Virus record (IMG/VR): IMGVR_UViG_3300010347_002030
Length of the DNA stretch: 64,000 nt
Strand: one strand, 5' to 3'
From: a virus
Taxonomy: Duplodnaviria > Caudoviricetes
Shown here: positions 29,021 to 38,835 of the stretch, one piece after another
Position numbering within the stretch: the first letter of the stretch is position 1
Layout of the letters: every line of letters starts with the position of its first letter
The notes under the pieces: generated by a model
Seen by the model: the letters and a program-made list of their open reading frames with translations, nothing else
Database searches by the model: none
What the model was told of the DNA's origin: nothing
Position numbers and translations under genes: made by a program

Positions 29021-29775
29021 AAAATTACTCCATAACTACAATTTGGATTTTCTTGAATAAGATGTTTCATGAGTTTGACATATGTTTCCCCGTCAACGTA
29101 GTCATAAGTTCGAATACAGTTGTTTTCTCCGAACCAATTTTGAAACCAACAACTATGTGGAGAATAAATGTTTGGATTGTGATGTGGAACTTTTTTGTGA
29201 ATGTATGCACCGAGCCAATGGTCAACATAATGGTGTTTTAGAGACGGATTGAAAAAGATTCCATCAAATTTTTCCTCTACGGTTTTTCTAGATACGAGAG
29301 GAAAACTAATAACTGGATAGTTGTAATCAAAAGTTTCGTTGGTTACTCCAGTTGTCCACCTAGAGGACCAACAGGCGTTTGGAAGCCCTTCGTTGTTGTG
29401 GTTTCTTCGCATATTATCAAACCACCCACCACCCAAATTGTAAACTTGATATTCCGCTTCTTTGACTTCTTGGCTTTCAAGAAGAATTAATAAACGATTA
29501 ATGTCAATTTTTAGGATATTATCATCGACGGCCACTGCAATCCATTCTCCGGAGCAATGTTTGTACCCTTTATTAAAAGCATAAGTTGACCCACTTTCCT
29601 TGTCGTCCACTACTAATTTTATATTTGGCGTCTCTAGGTTTTCAACTTGATCTATAATATATTGAGGAGCACAAATAACAAATTCATGCTCATGTGGACC
29701 CAATGCTTCTATAAACCGCAAGCATTCAAAGCCGACGTTCAAATCTCGTTTTGTTGCTATTAAATAGGATATCAT
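29017..29775 (-). CDS. Putative GT2-like glycosyltransferase
   Basis: ISYLIAT, AFNKG, AVDD, HHYVD. Confidence 0.65.
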   Translation of the reverse strand: MISYLIATKRDLNVGFECLRFIEALGPHEHEFVICAPQYIIDQVENLETPNIKLVVDDKESGSTYAFNKGYKHCSGEWIAVAVDDNILKIDINRLLILLESQEVKEAEYQVYNLGGGWFDNMRRNHNNEGLPNACWSSRWTTGVTNETFDYNYPVISFPLVSRKTVEEKFDGIFFNPSLKHHYVDHWLGAYIHKKVPHHNPNIYSPHSCWFQNWFGENNCIRTYDYVDGETYVKLMKHLIQENPNCSYGVIL

Positions 29776-30419
29776 TAGAATTGAATGCGTTCGCCTGTTC
29801 CGGCGTGTGGATATTTGGTTTCGTATTTGTAATAAATGATTTTTTCCAGTTTCATCGTCTTATCCGAAGAAGAATTTAACCAATCTGCATTTGGCTCGTT
29901 TGAGAGTTGAGAAACACCCCATGTTTTTCTGGTGTCAGTACAAACTGATTTGCCGTTATCTTCAATAATCCAAGTGATGGGTAAATCGAAGTTGACAGAA
30001 TATTTCCAGTTTTCGTGAAAAGTTCCTGTTTCCGAAGTCATATCACCGACGAAGCAATAAACATGCTCATCGAGCTTTTGGCGTTTAATGGCTAATGCTA
30101 CGCCATTGGCTATTGGAATGTTTCCGGCTACGATAGCAGAAGAAAAGATTCGGAATTCGGGATAGTTTAGAGCAATAGAACGACCTTTTTTGATATCCGT
30201 TAATAGTTGTTCTGGTGGAACGCCTTTAAGAAGACATTGATAGTGAGACCTCCAAGAGCAGAACACCCAATCCTGTGGCCGAATATCATCAAATATTCGG
30301 ATCATCTGTTCTTCATTGCCATAATACAGATGAACGGGGGCACGAATTTCTTTGTTTTTCCAAGCTTCGCAAACTCGTTCTTCGAAACCGATTAAGTCTT
30401 GAGGCGTAAACTTTTTCAT
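29775..30419 (-). CDS. TPP-dependent dehydrogenase E1 alpha-like subunit
   Basis: PVHL..GNEE, WRSH, GDMTSETG...EDN TPP-binding motif. Confidence 0.88.
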   Translation of the reverse strand: MKKFTPQDLIGFEERVCEAWKNKEIRAPVHLYYGNEEQMIRIFDDIRPQDWVFCSWRSHYQCLLKGVPPEQLLTDIKKGRSIALNYPEFRIFSSAIVAGNIPIANGVALAIKRQKLDEHVYCFVGDMTSETGTFHENWKYSVNFDLPITWIIEDNGKSVCTDTRKTWGVSQLSNEPNADWLNSSSDKTMKLEKIIYYKYETKYPHAGTGERIQF

Positions 30420-30425
30420 GACAAC

Positions 30426-30560
30426 TTATTTTCTATTTTTCCATCCTTTTGATTTTACTAAATATGAGTCGCTTAGTTTCATATTCTCTTGCCTAGTTAC
30501 AAACTCAAGATTGTCTATTCTATTGTTTGAAATATCATTGTCTTTGTGGTTTATTTCCAT
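30426..30560 (-). pseudogene. HNH endonuclease 3' remnant
   Basis: INHKDNDISNNRIDNLEFVTRQEN (HNH core) in a 44-aa fragment. Confidence 0.7.
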
Positions 30561-30600
30561 ATTCTGGAGTCCATCGTGGATAAAGAAGGGCGATTTTCAT
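30535..30600 (-). pseudogene. Truncated 5' gene remnant (MKIALLYPRWT..., resembles a B12 radical SAM or GT N-terminus)
   Basis: ATG overlaps the upstream stop; only 21 codons. Confidence 0.45.
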
Positions 30601-31556
30601 TACTGATATAGGTTCTTACGTTTCATCCAATCAATCATGTACTTCGTCGGGTCTTTGAAATACTCCATGACAACATCCATGAAATATTGGCGTGCTGCCT
30701 TCCCTTTTTCAACTAGTTCTGAATGTGGAGTCTGGGCGATTTTAAGAAGTTCTTTGTCCAGATGTTCATCTCCCAGTGTTGGGTCAATTTTGTAAAGAAA
30801 ACTAGTATCGTAATCACCTTCTTCCATTACCATTTGTTCTCCGATGATTACTGGGACTCTAGCAAAGAAACAGGTTTCATAAAAACGAATTGTTACCGAA
30901 GATACACCTTCGGGACAAAGGGAAATTAGGTTACGATAAAGTGATTCGATATACGCACTGACAGCGGGACTATCAAGACCTTTTCTTCCACCCCAAGAGG
31001 TATTTAAGGTAAATTCGTGTTTGACCCCTATGCGTTTGAGAGACTCATAAGTTCTAACTCTGGTATTGATTGGATCTGGTTGGCCACGAAAACCAAACGA
31101 TATGTCTTCTGGAAATTCGATTTCACCGCAATCTGGGTTGTTTTTTAAAAATGCCAGTAAACTGCTCATATTGGGTCTTGCCATGATGGGTTGAACCCAA
31201 TGAGCATACTTTGTCGGAGCACAACTTTTAATGGTCTTGTTAAGAACCCATGGATGGGCTATTTGGGCTCCACCGCCATGTCCCGGTATTGCACACCAGT
31301 CTCCTTCAAGGTCGAGGATATGCCGATGTTCATTTCCCGGCATAAAGGTAAATGAATCTTTCAGAATAGGGTGTTGTGGATTATCTATGTTACCATCCGA
31401 CACTTGACCCATGTAAAAGAATTCTGCTTGGTCTGGGTCATCAACAACGGTGCAATGACGTTTGATTCCATCTTTACTGAATGGTGTCGAATCAACGTAT
31501 TCAGGAATCAAGTCCTGACTATGCACCCACCCGTGTTTGTAAATGTAGAGTTTCAT
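30600..31556 (-). CDS. Exostosin/GT47-like glycosyltransferase
   Basis: KLYIY, DPDQAEFF, LCPEG..RFYE..VPVII. Confidence 0.75.
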   Translation of the reverse strand: MKLYIYKHGWVHSQDLIPEYVDSTPFSKDGIKRHCTVVDDPDQAEFFYMGQVSDGNIDNPQHPILKDSFTFMPGNEHRHILDLEGDWCAIPGHGGGAQIAHPWVLNKTIKSCAPTKYAHWVQPIMARPNMSSLLAFLKNNPDCGEIEFPEDISFGFRGQPDPINTRVRTYESLKRIGVKHEFTLNTSWGGRKGLDSPAVSAYIESLYRNLISLCPEGVSSVTIRFYETCFFARVPVIIGEQMVMEEGDYDTSFLYKIDPTLGDEHLDKELLKIAQTPHSELVEKGKAARQYFMDVVMEYFKDPTKYMIDWMKRKNLYQ

Positions 31557-32527
31557 TCAATGGTTGTTTCGCAGGGGATTTTGTTGTAATCCAGAACCGA
31601 TGGCTTCAAAAAGAGATTGTCACGAATAAAATCTTTGAGTTTCGGATTTTTTGGAAATCCTTCCTCATCATAAAGAGAGGGATCATGCATCATAATGTTT
31701 CCACATTCTTCATAACCCATTCCTAATGCTTTGGCTTCGTCGGTTATGAGGCAAGTATGAACGTCCACTCCATTGTAGAGGTTATTCCATGTTTTTCCAA
31801 AAGGACCGTGTTCATCAAATGCAACTGTTCTTGCTTTAATGGGATCACCATAGCCTTCCATTGGGCGGTCAATAGACTTATAGTGTTCCAATACAATATT
31901 TGGAACCACTACCCATTTAAGCCTCAAAGCTGCGTTCAAAAACGAAAATGTCGATTCGGTGCAATGGGCTTTGAAGATATCCGGCATCAAACCACCATAT
32001 TGCTTCAATAGAGCATCGTCAAAATACTGAAAATGAAGGTTACATGCTTCTCCTGCCAACACTTCGATATCTTCTGTTCCGGTAAAAATATGGTCATGGC
32101 GAACCCCGGTATGTGGAAGATAAAACCCACGGTCATTGTCACTCTGGAGAGTCACCATACCATATTTTCTCGTGCTGGATCGTTTGCCGATTTCGCTTAG
32201 ACAAAACGTTTGATTTCTGGTGTTCATCCCAGAGTCAACGAAGATGTAACCATTGAACCCACCTACTTGTTCGGCTACCTTCCGGACAGAATGATTGAAA
32301 GTAACGTTGACAGTATGCATCTCGTTGACGTAGTTGTACCAGAGACGGTTCCCATAACGTTTTCGCAATCCCGCTTTGGTAGAATGACTCATGGCACATC
32401 CACTGACGATGATTTTGAAGTTAGGATAGTCTTGTTCTAAAAGACTGTCAAGACAACTGATATACCAAAATAGATTGGTTCTCTGTCGCTCGCAAACATT
32501 ATAGACTACTAAGAGATTATCGCTCAT
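31553..32527 (-). CDS. Putative GT-A glycosyltransferase (paralog of 20960-21892)
   Basis: CLDSLLEQDYPNFKIIV, FVDSG, PDIFKAHCTES. Confidence 0.65.
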   Translation of the reverse strand: MSDNLLVVYNVCERQRTNLFWYISCLDSLLEQDYPNFKIIVSGCAMSHSTKAGLRKRYGNRLWYNYVNEMHTVNVTFNHSVRKVAEQVGGFNGYIFVDSGMNTRNQTFCLSEIGKRSSTRKYGMVTLQSDNDRGFYLPHTGVRHDHIFTGTEDIEVLAGEACNLHFQYFDDALLKQYGGLMPDIFKAHCTESTFSFLNAALRLKWVVVPNIVLEHYKSIDRPMEGYGDPIKARTVAFDEHGPFGKTWNNLYNGVDVHTCLITDEAKALGMGYEECGNIMMHDPSLYDEEGFPKNPKLKDFIRDNLFLKPSVLDYNKIPCETTIE

Positions 32528-33328
32528 TGAATAATCCTTTTCTGTGTAAATAGGTAAGGAAAGTTTTAGTGGGGTCTTTGTAGTACTCTACTATAACAGA
32601 TTGAAAATAATTTCTTGCTGCTTTGCCACGTTCAATAAGTTCTGAAAGTGGCGTATCGAGTATTTTTTGAAAATCCCGCATCAAATCCTCTGGGGGTAAA
32701 GATGGTGGTATCTTAAAGACAAAATCCATCTTATGCACATCGTCCCCAACAAACCTTTCGTTTCCTATTACGACAGGAACTCTTCCAAAAAACATGCCTC
32801 GTAAAATCGAGCCGTGTTGTGCTCCATTCCGACTGGACATAAAGCTAGAAGGTGTTTATAAATCATCTCACAATATTCGTTAATATGTGAACTTCCTATT
32901 TCGCTAAACGAACGAAGTTCGGCAGTGAAACGAAACTCTCCCGGTAATTTCATTTCCCGAGCCGTTTTGAAAAACTCTCTATAATCATCTTGGTTGAAGT
33001 AGTGGTAGTTTTGTGTTTCAGGTTGTAAAATAGCGTATTCATCTTTGTAAGATTCTCCGACAGTACTGTTTAATACTGCTTTTGACCACGCCCAAACATG
33101 GCTACAAAGACCCTCTTGAATAATGATGAAATCAAAGCTGTTATCTTCAAATGTCTTTAGCTTTTTCCAAATAAGATAGATATGATTTGTTGTTACATCG
33201 AAGGTAGTTCTGTATGTAACAATTTCCGATCCCGGATGTTCGGCTTCGATTGTTCTTTTCAGATTGTCAACCCACGCATGATTGACGGGATCTACTCCTC
33301 TTGAATCTGTCGCTATAAAAATTCTCAT
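32517..33328 (-). pseudogene. Chimeric, frameshifted gene: SGNH-like N-terminus plus exostosin-like C-terminus
   Basis: FIATDSRG start; LCPVG..RFYEACF continues as FGRVPVVIG in another frame across the T6 run at 32787-32792. Confidence 0.65.
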
Positions 33329-34500
33329 AGATGGTTCAATATATCGGTTAACCAGCGAATTTGTTCAACGTCCAGTTCAGGATAGTTTCCAATATACCAC
33401 CCGAAGAAGTGAACGTAATCAACGTTTGTAAATAACTTGGCAAATTCGGTTCCAAAGCGACGAGTCAAGTAAGGTTGGCGAAGTTGGTTTCCTCCACCGG
33501 ACATACCACGACGGAACTCAACTTCTTTTTCTCTAAGTACCTTTTCTACACGATCCCTCATTTCAAGATCCGGATGGCGAAGAAGAAGGGTAAAGGCATA
33601 GTTACTATTTCCGTTCCGGTCAAATTCTGTGTAATATTTCTTTGGGTCTAGGCCGTCTAGGAAAACATCTAGGTTTGCCTTTCTCTTCTTGTTATTGTCA
33701 TCAAGTCGAGGCAATTGGTTCAAAGCAAGCACTGCATTCAATTCGGTGGAACGCATATTATAGGCATCCTGAATAAATACAAAATCTGGATTCAAATCTG
33801 GAAGCTTGGCGATGGTTTCTTTTTTCAAATCTGTACTATCGGCTTCTCGAAGCATTCCATGAGAACGAAGCATTCTGCAACGTTCATAAAGAGTCTCATC
33901 ATTCGTGCAAATCATTCCTCCTTCAATTGAAGTCATATGATGAGCGTAATAGAAGGAGAAATTGGAAATATCGCCGATTGAACCTACTTTTTGGCCGTTA
34001 AATGTTGCTCCGTGTGATTCACAGCAATCTTCGATGAGAATGATACCCCTTTCTTTACAGCAATCATGAAGTTTCTGACTCATTCCGTTATATCCAAGAA
34101 TGTGAGTTAATAGAATGGCTCCAGTTCTTGGAGTAATCAAATCCAAAACTTTATTTTCATCCAGTGCCAAGTTTTTCAAGTTGATGTCGCAGAATACAGG
34201 AGTAAGTCCTGCATGAAGAATAGCAGAAATATCCGAAACCCAGTTCAATGGAGAAACAATAACTTCTTTTTTATCTGGAGGTAAAATTGCCGCTAAAACG
34301 GCAAGTGTGACAATATTGGCAGAACTACCAGAGTTCAGGAAGACGCTATATTTTACTCCAAGCCATTTGTTCCACTCTTGTTCAAACTCACGAACTTTTT
34401 TGTTATTTGTCAAAACGGGTAATGGTCTTTGAGACAAAAACCGAATCATTGCATCAGCATCATCATCGGTGATATTATTATACATTAAGGGCCATTTCAT
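33325..34500 (-). CDS. colD: GDP-4-keto-6-deoxymannose 3-dehydratase-like (ColD-type DegT family)
   Basis: NSGSSAN, EDCCESHGA, SFYYAHHMTSIEGG (His in place of Lys), no Fe-S Cys motif. Confidence 0.72.
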   Translation of the reverse strand: MKWPLMYNNITDDDADAMIRFLSQRPLPVLTNNKKVREFEQEWNKWLGVKYSVFLNSGSSANIVTLAVLAAILPPDKKEVIVSPLNWVSDISAILHAGLTPVFCDINLKNLALDENKVLDLITPRTGAILLTHILGYNGMSQKLHDCCKERGIILIEDCCESHGATFNGQKVGSIGDISNFSFYYAHHMTSIEGGMICTNDETLYERCRMLRSHGMLREADSTDLKKETIAKLPDLNPDFVFIQDAYNMRSTELNAVLALNQLPRLDDNNKKRKANLDVFLDGLDPKKYYTEFDRNGNSNYAFTLLLRHPDLEMRDRVEKVLREKEVEFRRGMSGGGNQLRQPYLTRRFGTEFAKLFTNVDYVHFFGWYIGNYPELDVEQIRWLTDILNHL

Positions 34501-35486
34501 AGATTTTCTTGTAGGAAACGATACATTTTTTCTTTCCAAATGTCAAGACGAAATTGATTATAATTAAATTTGGCTTTTTCGGAGCAATCTTTGTAAAAAG
34601 TAGAATCTGTTTTGAGACGCAAAGCCATGTCTCTTGCTGTTTTGACATCCTCTGGCTCTACGGATAGGTCTGGGAAACAGGTTCTTTGGGTATCGACTTT
34701 GATATTTCCAATGCAGGGGATTCCGAAATAGGCCAGATTAAGGCTAAAAGTTCCCGCTGCAATAGTTGGCATGAGGTGAACTCCATATTTGAACGTCGAG
34801 ACAATATTGATCCAATCGAACCAAAAGACTCGTGGTAGAACTCGAAGGTTAGGTACTTGGTCTTCTCCCGGTTGCGAACAATGAGAAGATTGTACATAGA
34901 TGGGAACCTCAAATTCGGAAGCCACTAAGTAACTTTGAAACCCACCATACCATCGACAAAAGTTACCCCCGATGATTGCTTTGTCTTCTGGTTTGGAAGA
35001 AATATTCCGGATCAATTCTTCTATCATTAACGTTGGTATCGTTGTAACTTTTTTATTGGGGAACCACCCCTTATACCATTTCGTGTCGTAATCGTTATGA
35101 GCAAAGATAACGTCGCACTCTGCCAACTGGTTATAGAAGTTGAATTGATCCGGTAAAGAAAAATCATTCACATACCACGTCGGACCTTCTTGAACGTAAG
35201 CAACTCGTTTGTTTTGCTTTTTTAGAGTCTCGACAAATGGTTGTGCATAGAGAGCCGCAAACCGATTTGGGTTATCATTAAGTCGCAGACCCTCCGAGTT
35301 GAGAGATACCCCTCCCTTTGGGAGTATAAGCATAACCCAATCATATCCAGCAACCGTAGGATATTCGGTTACATTAAAATGGTCGGCTTGGAGGGCGTGC
35401 ATCCATGCAAACTCTGTCCTCATATTGGGATGGTTTGCCGAAATCTTTCCTTTGAACCCCATTTCAGTTAAGAATGCAACTTTCAT
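34497..35486 (-). CDS. Putative GT-B glycosyltransferase
   Basis: KVAFLTE, AAGTFSL..GIPCIG; cluster context. Confidence 0.6.
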   Translation of the reverse strand: MKVAFLTEMGFKGKISANHPNMRTEFAWMHALQADHFNVTEYPTVAGYDWVMLILPKGGVSLNSEGLRLNDNPNRFAALYAQPFVETLKKQNKRVAYVQEGPTWYVNDFSLPDQFNFYNQLAECDVIFAHNDYDTKWYKGWFPNKKVTTIPTLMIEELIRNISSKPEDKAIIGGNFCRWYGGFQSYLVASEFEVPIYVQSSHCSQPGEDQVPNLRVLPRVFWFDWINIVSTFKYGVHLMPTIAAGTFSLNLAYFGIPCIGNIKVDTQRTCFPDLSVEPEDVKTARDMALRLKTDSTFYKDCSEKAKFNYNQFRLDIWKEKMYRFLQENL

Positions 35487-36223
35487 AGTTTTGGTTTACT
35501 ATCAAAGACATTATGACCACGATTCTCTTCTTCTGTAAACCATTCGTTGTAACGTTTGTTAGTTTTTAATTGGGTTTCTATAGTTTTATCGTGATAGAGT
35601 GCTAAGTCTGTATCGTCTGGTAACTTTGCAAATTTATCATGACCCTCGATTTTTTCATGAAGTCGCCTGTCCCATTTGATTCGAGATGGGTCTCTTCTAT
35701 AAATGCGACTTTGATAATCCGGCCAATTAACTATAGGTCGATTATCACAAGCCGGACATGGAGTTAATTTCCACCCCCATTGAGCGGCGTGTTTCGGAGT
35801 TACCCCAAGGAAATCGTTGATACGAGGCACATAAATCAAATCAACTTCTTGATTTGATTCGATAATTGGCTTCAAATTGATGATGAGATTTGGATTTGGA
35901 ATTTCATCTCCATCAATTTGAAAAATCCAATCCCCGGTACACTGTTCATTTCCGAAGTTCTTATGCGCTCCATAGTTTTTATTAAGAGCATGTTGAATTA
36001 TTCGAACGTTGGGAATTTTTTCAATGTTCCCAAGAGAAGACAGAACAGTTATTTTCGCAGCATATTGCCATTTTTGAAGAATCTCTTTAGTCTTAGGATT
36101 GTCAGAGAAGTCATCTAATATAAGAATTTCGTCTTCGTTGTCCTTGTGCGTCACCAATGTCATGATGCACTTGTCCAACGAGGCGTCTTCATTGTGACAG
36201 GTTACCAAATAACTGATTTTCAT
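35483..36223 (-). CDS. Glycosyltransferase family 2
   Basis: TCHNE, LDDFSD, IDGDE, WPDYQSR, LHE. Confidence 0.88.
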   Translation of the reverse strand: MKISYLVTCHNEDASLDKCIMTLVTHKDNEDEILILDDFSDNPKTKEILQKWQYAAKITVLSSLGNIEKIPNVRIIQHALNKNYGAHKNFGNEQCTGDWIFQIDGDEIPNPNLIINLKPIIESNQEVDLIYVPRINDFLGVTPKHAAQWGWKLTPCPACDNRPIVNWPDYQSRIYRRDPSRIKWDRRLHEKIEGHDKFAKLPDDTDLALYHDKTIETQLKTNKRYNEWFTEEENRGHNVFDSKPKL

Positions 36224-36226
36224 TCA

Positions 36227-37627
36227 TTAGCTCTTGTTTTCACTAATAGGCATCGCTTTGATTTGCTCCTGAGTAGGAGGATTGGTTGGGGTAGATGGCT
36301 TCAATTTTGGAAGTTCCAATTTTTTCAGTTTCGGAAGTACGATCTGAGCAGGCATTGCAAACTTCGGTACATATTTGTCCAAAATAGCGTGAAATGCTTT
36401 GTCCATCGCTTCTATAGAAAACTTTTCGGCATTTTCGGTTCGTAAAGCCTCTGCGTTTGGAAGCAATTTTTCATAGTTCTGGAAAACGTATCGGAGTTTT
36501 TCCTTTGCCTTGGTATAATCCACGGTAAACCATTGAGCTTCTCTAATAAACCAGTCATTGACGGCTTCTTCGGGAATTGCTTCCAATTTACCATCCAAAA
36601 GATTAGCTAATTTCGGATTAAGAAAATCCAAATGGCCACTCCAGTTTGGAGCCAATAGGGGTTTTCCACTAAGAGTTGAGAGTAAAAGAGGATGACCGAA
36701 CCCTTCTCCGTGAGCAAAAGAAACGTGAACTTTTACTTTTTTGTGATTATACAGAGCGTTCATCTCGACTTCGCTTAGCTCGCCGTGAATCAGGTACACA
36801 TTAGGCCATTGTGAAATCGTTGGATTTTCACCTTTTACAAGTTCGGTTACTTCATGGATTTTTTGGATACAATCGTGCTTGTCAATGTTTGATAAGGTAG
36901 CTCCACTAGTTTTCAAAATTAAACAAGGAGCTTTGGTTTGACCTCTAAAGGCTTCGAGAAATGTTTTGATGAGCCATCCAATAGCTTTTCTGTCGGCATT
37001 CATTGAACCGCCCGTCCATTGTCCGACAAACAAGAAAGCAAATTCTTCCTTGACTTTTGCCATTACTTGTTCTAAGGAATCAATAACCATATCCGTCTTA
37101 TGGAAAATCTTGGTATCGGCACCCCAAAAAAGGATTTCGATTGGGGTTTTAACAACCAAAGGCTCAATTATTCCATTCGGAAGTTTTTTAGAATATTGAG
37201 CTTGGGCTAGTACATCTTTGCCGTGTTTCGACATGACAATGTTCAAATCCATTCGATTTAATCCCTCAATCCATTCGGCTCGTGGAACGGTGGTTTCGAT
37301 GGAAGCTGTCATGCCAATGTTAAACTTACCAATTCTCATTGGCCCCTGTGGCGTCAAAAGAAACTCATTCGGAATAGTACATTGAATGAAGACTTCTGGC
37401 TGAGCTTGAAGTGGTCCACGTAGAATTTTTTCAAGAAGTTGACGGCCTTCTGGGTCTTGGATTTCAGAATCTAAGTTTTTTTTACTACAATGTCCCCAAC
37501 GTGTAGGAACAATATGTAGTTCAAATTTGTCGTATCGCAAAAGACTCTTAGCTATTGCTAGAGCCCAGTCTCCGTAGCCGCTACGGGTCCAAATAGGTGA
37601 TTGAAATATGCAGACAGGTTTGTTCAT
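36227..37627 (-). CDS. GT4-like (GT-B) glycosyltransferase
   Basis: RSGYG, FLFVGQW, RK, HGEGFGHPLL, WSGHLDF. Confidence 0.85.
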   Translation of the reverse strand: MNKPVCIFQSPIWTRSGYGDWALAIAKSLLRYDKFELHIVPTRWGHCSKKNLDSEIQDPEGRQLLEKILRGPLQAQPEVFIQCTIPNEFLLTPQGPMRIGKFNIGMTASIETTVPRAEWIEGLNRMDLNIVMSKHGKDVLAQAQYSKKLPNGIIEPLVVKTPIEILFWGADTKIFHKTDMVIDSLEQVMAKVKEEFAFLFVGQWTGGSMNADRKAIGWLIKTFLEAFRGQTKAPCLILKTSGATLSNIDKHDCIQKIHEVTELVKGENPTISQWPNVYLIHGELSEVEMNALYNHKKVKVHVSFAHGEGFGHPLLLSTLSGKPLLAPNWSGHLDFLNPKLANLLDGKLEAIPEEAVNDWFIREAQWFTVDYTKAKEKLRYVFQNYEKLLPNAEALRTENAEKFSIEAMDKAFHAILDKYVPKFAMPAQIVLPKLKKLELPKLKPSTPTNPPTQEQIKAMPISENKS

Positions 37628-37633
37628 AAAATT

Positions 37634-37921
37634 TTACGATCTTTGGCATCCAGTTTTTTTATCGCAATTGCAGTTTGGGGCTTCACATTCCGACGCCCAC
37701 CCGGCTTCCTTACCAATTTCAAGGGGAACTGGAAAACCATCGCTCCAGTTGTGAATGGTGCATCGTGACTGCATGGCATCAAGCCTATCTGCGGCATCGG
37801 CCAATGCAAGATAGGCTCTTCTCCATGATGGGTTAAGGTTTCCTTGAGCCACGCTTTCAGCACTCTCACGGAGCCAAATCAAAAATTCACGGTCTAGGAT
37901 GTTTAATGGTGGTACTCTCAT
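37634..37921 (-). CDS. Hypothetical protein
   Basis: GAAAGG SD before ATG; C-terminal Cys cluster. Confidence 0.55.
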   Translation of the reverse strand: MRVPPLNILDREFLIWLRESAESVAQGNLNPSWRRAYLALADAADRLDAMQSRCTIHNWSDGFPVPLEIGKEAGWASECEAPNCNCDKKTGCQRS

Positions 37922-37957
37922 TCGTTACCTTTCACATAATTTCTCTACGATGATTTT

Positions 37958-38710
37958 TCATTCTTGTCTTGTTTGCTTCATTCGCTCACTGTAAGGCAGT
38001 TGAGTCGGAACGCCGCCGCTTTTCAGATACGTTTTGAGAATATCTGGTCCATCCTGATTTTGTTTGGACTCAAACTTCTTTTGTTCTTCGGCAAACACTT
38101 CAACGAGCGGCTTGCCTTCTTTTTTATCCGTACTTCCAAAGCCACCGGCTCCACGCTGAGTTATGGACAGGTCTTCGACAAGCTCCCATTCTGCCATGAC
38201 AGTTTGTTCAAGAACGAGTTGGGCAATTTTGTCTCCCTTTTTATACACCTTTTCCATGTTAGGAGTGCCGAGAAGCTTCCCAGTAGAGGTGTAAGTGTAA
38301 TTATCGCCACCATCACTGAGAGCAACCTTTTGATATTCCATTGAGAAATCTTCGGGTTGCCAAATATACTTGAATCTGCAAATCACCATTCCCCGGTAAT
38401 CGTTGTCCACCAATCCAATGCTATTGGCCAACACTAGATTATATTTTGACACGGAGGAACGAGGATGAATGAGAGTATGGAATGTCATTGCGGATGGAGC
38501 AATAAAAAGGTTCGTTTCATATTCGATGTAATCTATCCGTTTCCATACTGCATCTTTTCCAACGGTTTCATTGGCTTGTTCCCCAACAATCTTTGGATCG
38601 CTTGTGGCAACAATATCGTAGCCAGCCGCTACTTCTGTTCCTTTTTGAGGAAGAGTAATGGGAATTTTGTTGCCTTTTTCGTCGTATAGCTGTTTAACGT
38701 AGATTTTCAT
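37958..38710 (-). CDS. dut: dUTPase (trimeric) with insertions
   Basis: AAGYD, PRSS, GLVDNDYRG, IAQL, RGAGGFGST. Confidence 0.92.
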   Translation of the reverse strand: MKIYVKQLYDEKGNKIPITLPQKGTEVAAGYDIVATSDPKIVGEQANETVGKDAVWKRIDYIEYETNLFIAPSAMTFHTLIHPRSSVSKYNLVLANSIGLVDNDYRGMVICRFKYIWQPEDFSMEYQKVALSDGGDNYTYTSTGKLLGTPNMEKVYKKGDKIAQLVLEQTVMAEWELVEDLSITQRGAGGFGSTDKKEGKPLVEVFAEEQKKFESKQNQDGPDILKTYLKSGGVPTQLPYSERMKQTRQE

Positions 38711-38835
38711 ATCATCATGTAACACTAATTTCCGGTGTTTTTCAACATATTTTACACCGGGAACGTATTTTTATTTCATCCACGTTGTCGTGGGAATCGG
38801 TTTCCAGTTCCCGTTGAGTAAAACAAACCGATAAG

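Noticed and set aside
28484-30419. Pyruvate dehydrogenase auxiliary metabolic genes
   Set aside because: The subunits are truncated, there is no E2/E3, and they are embedded among sugar genes
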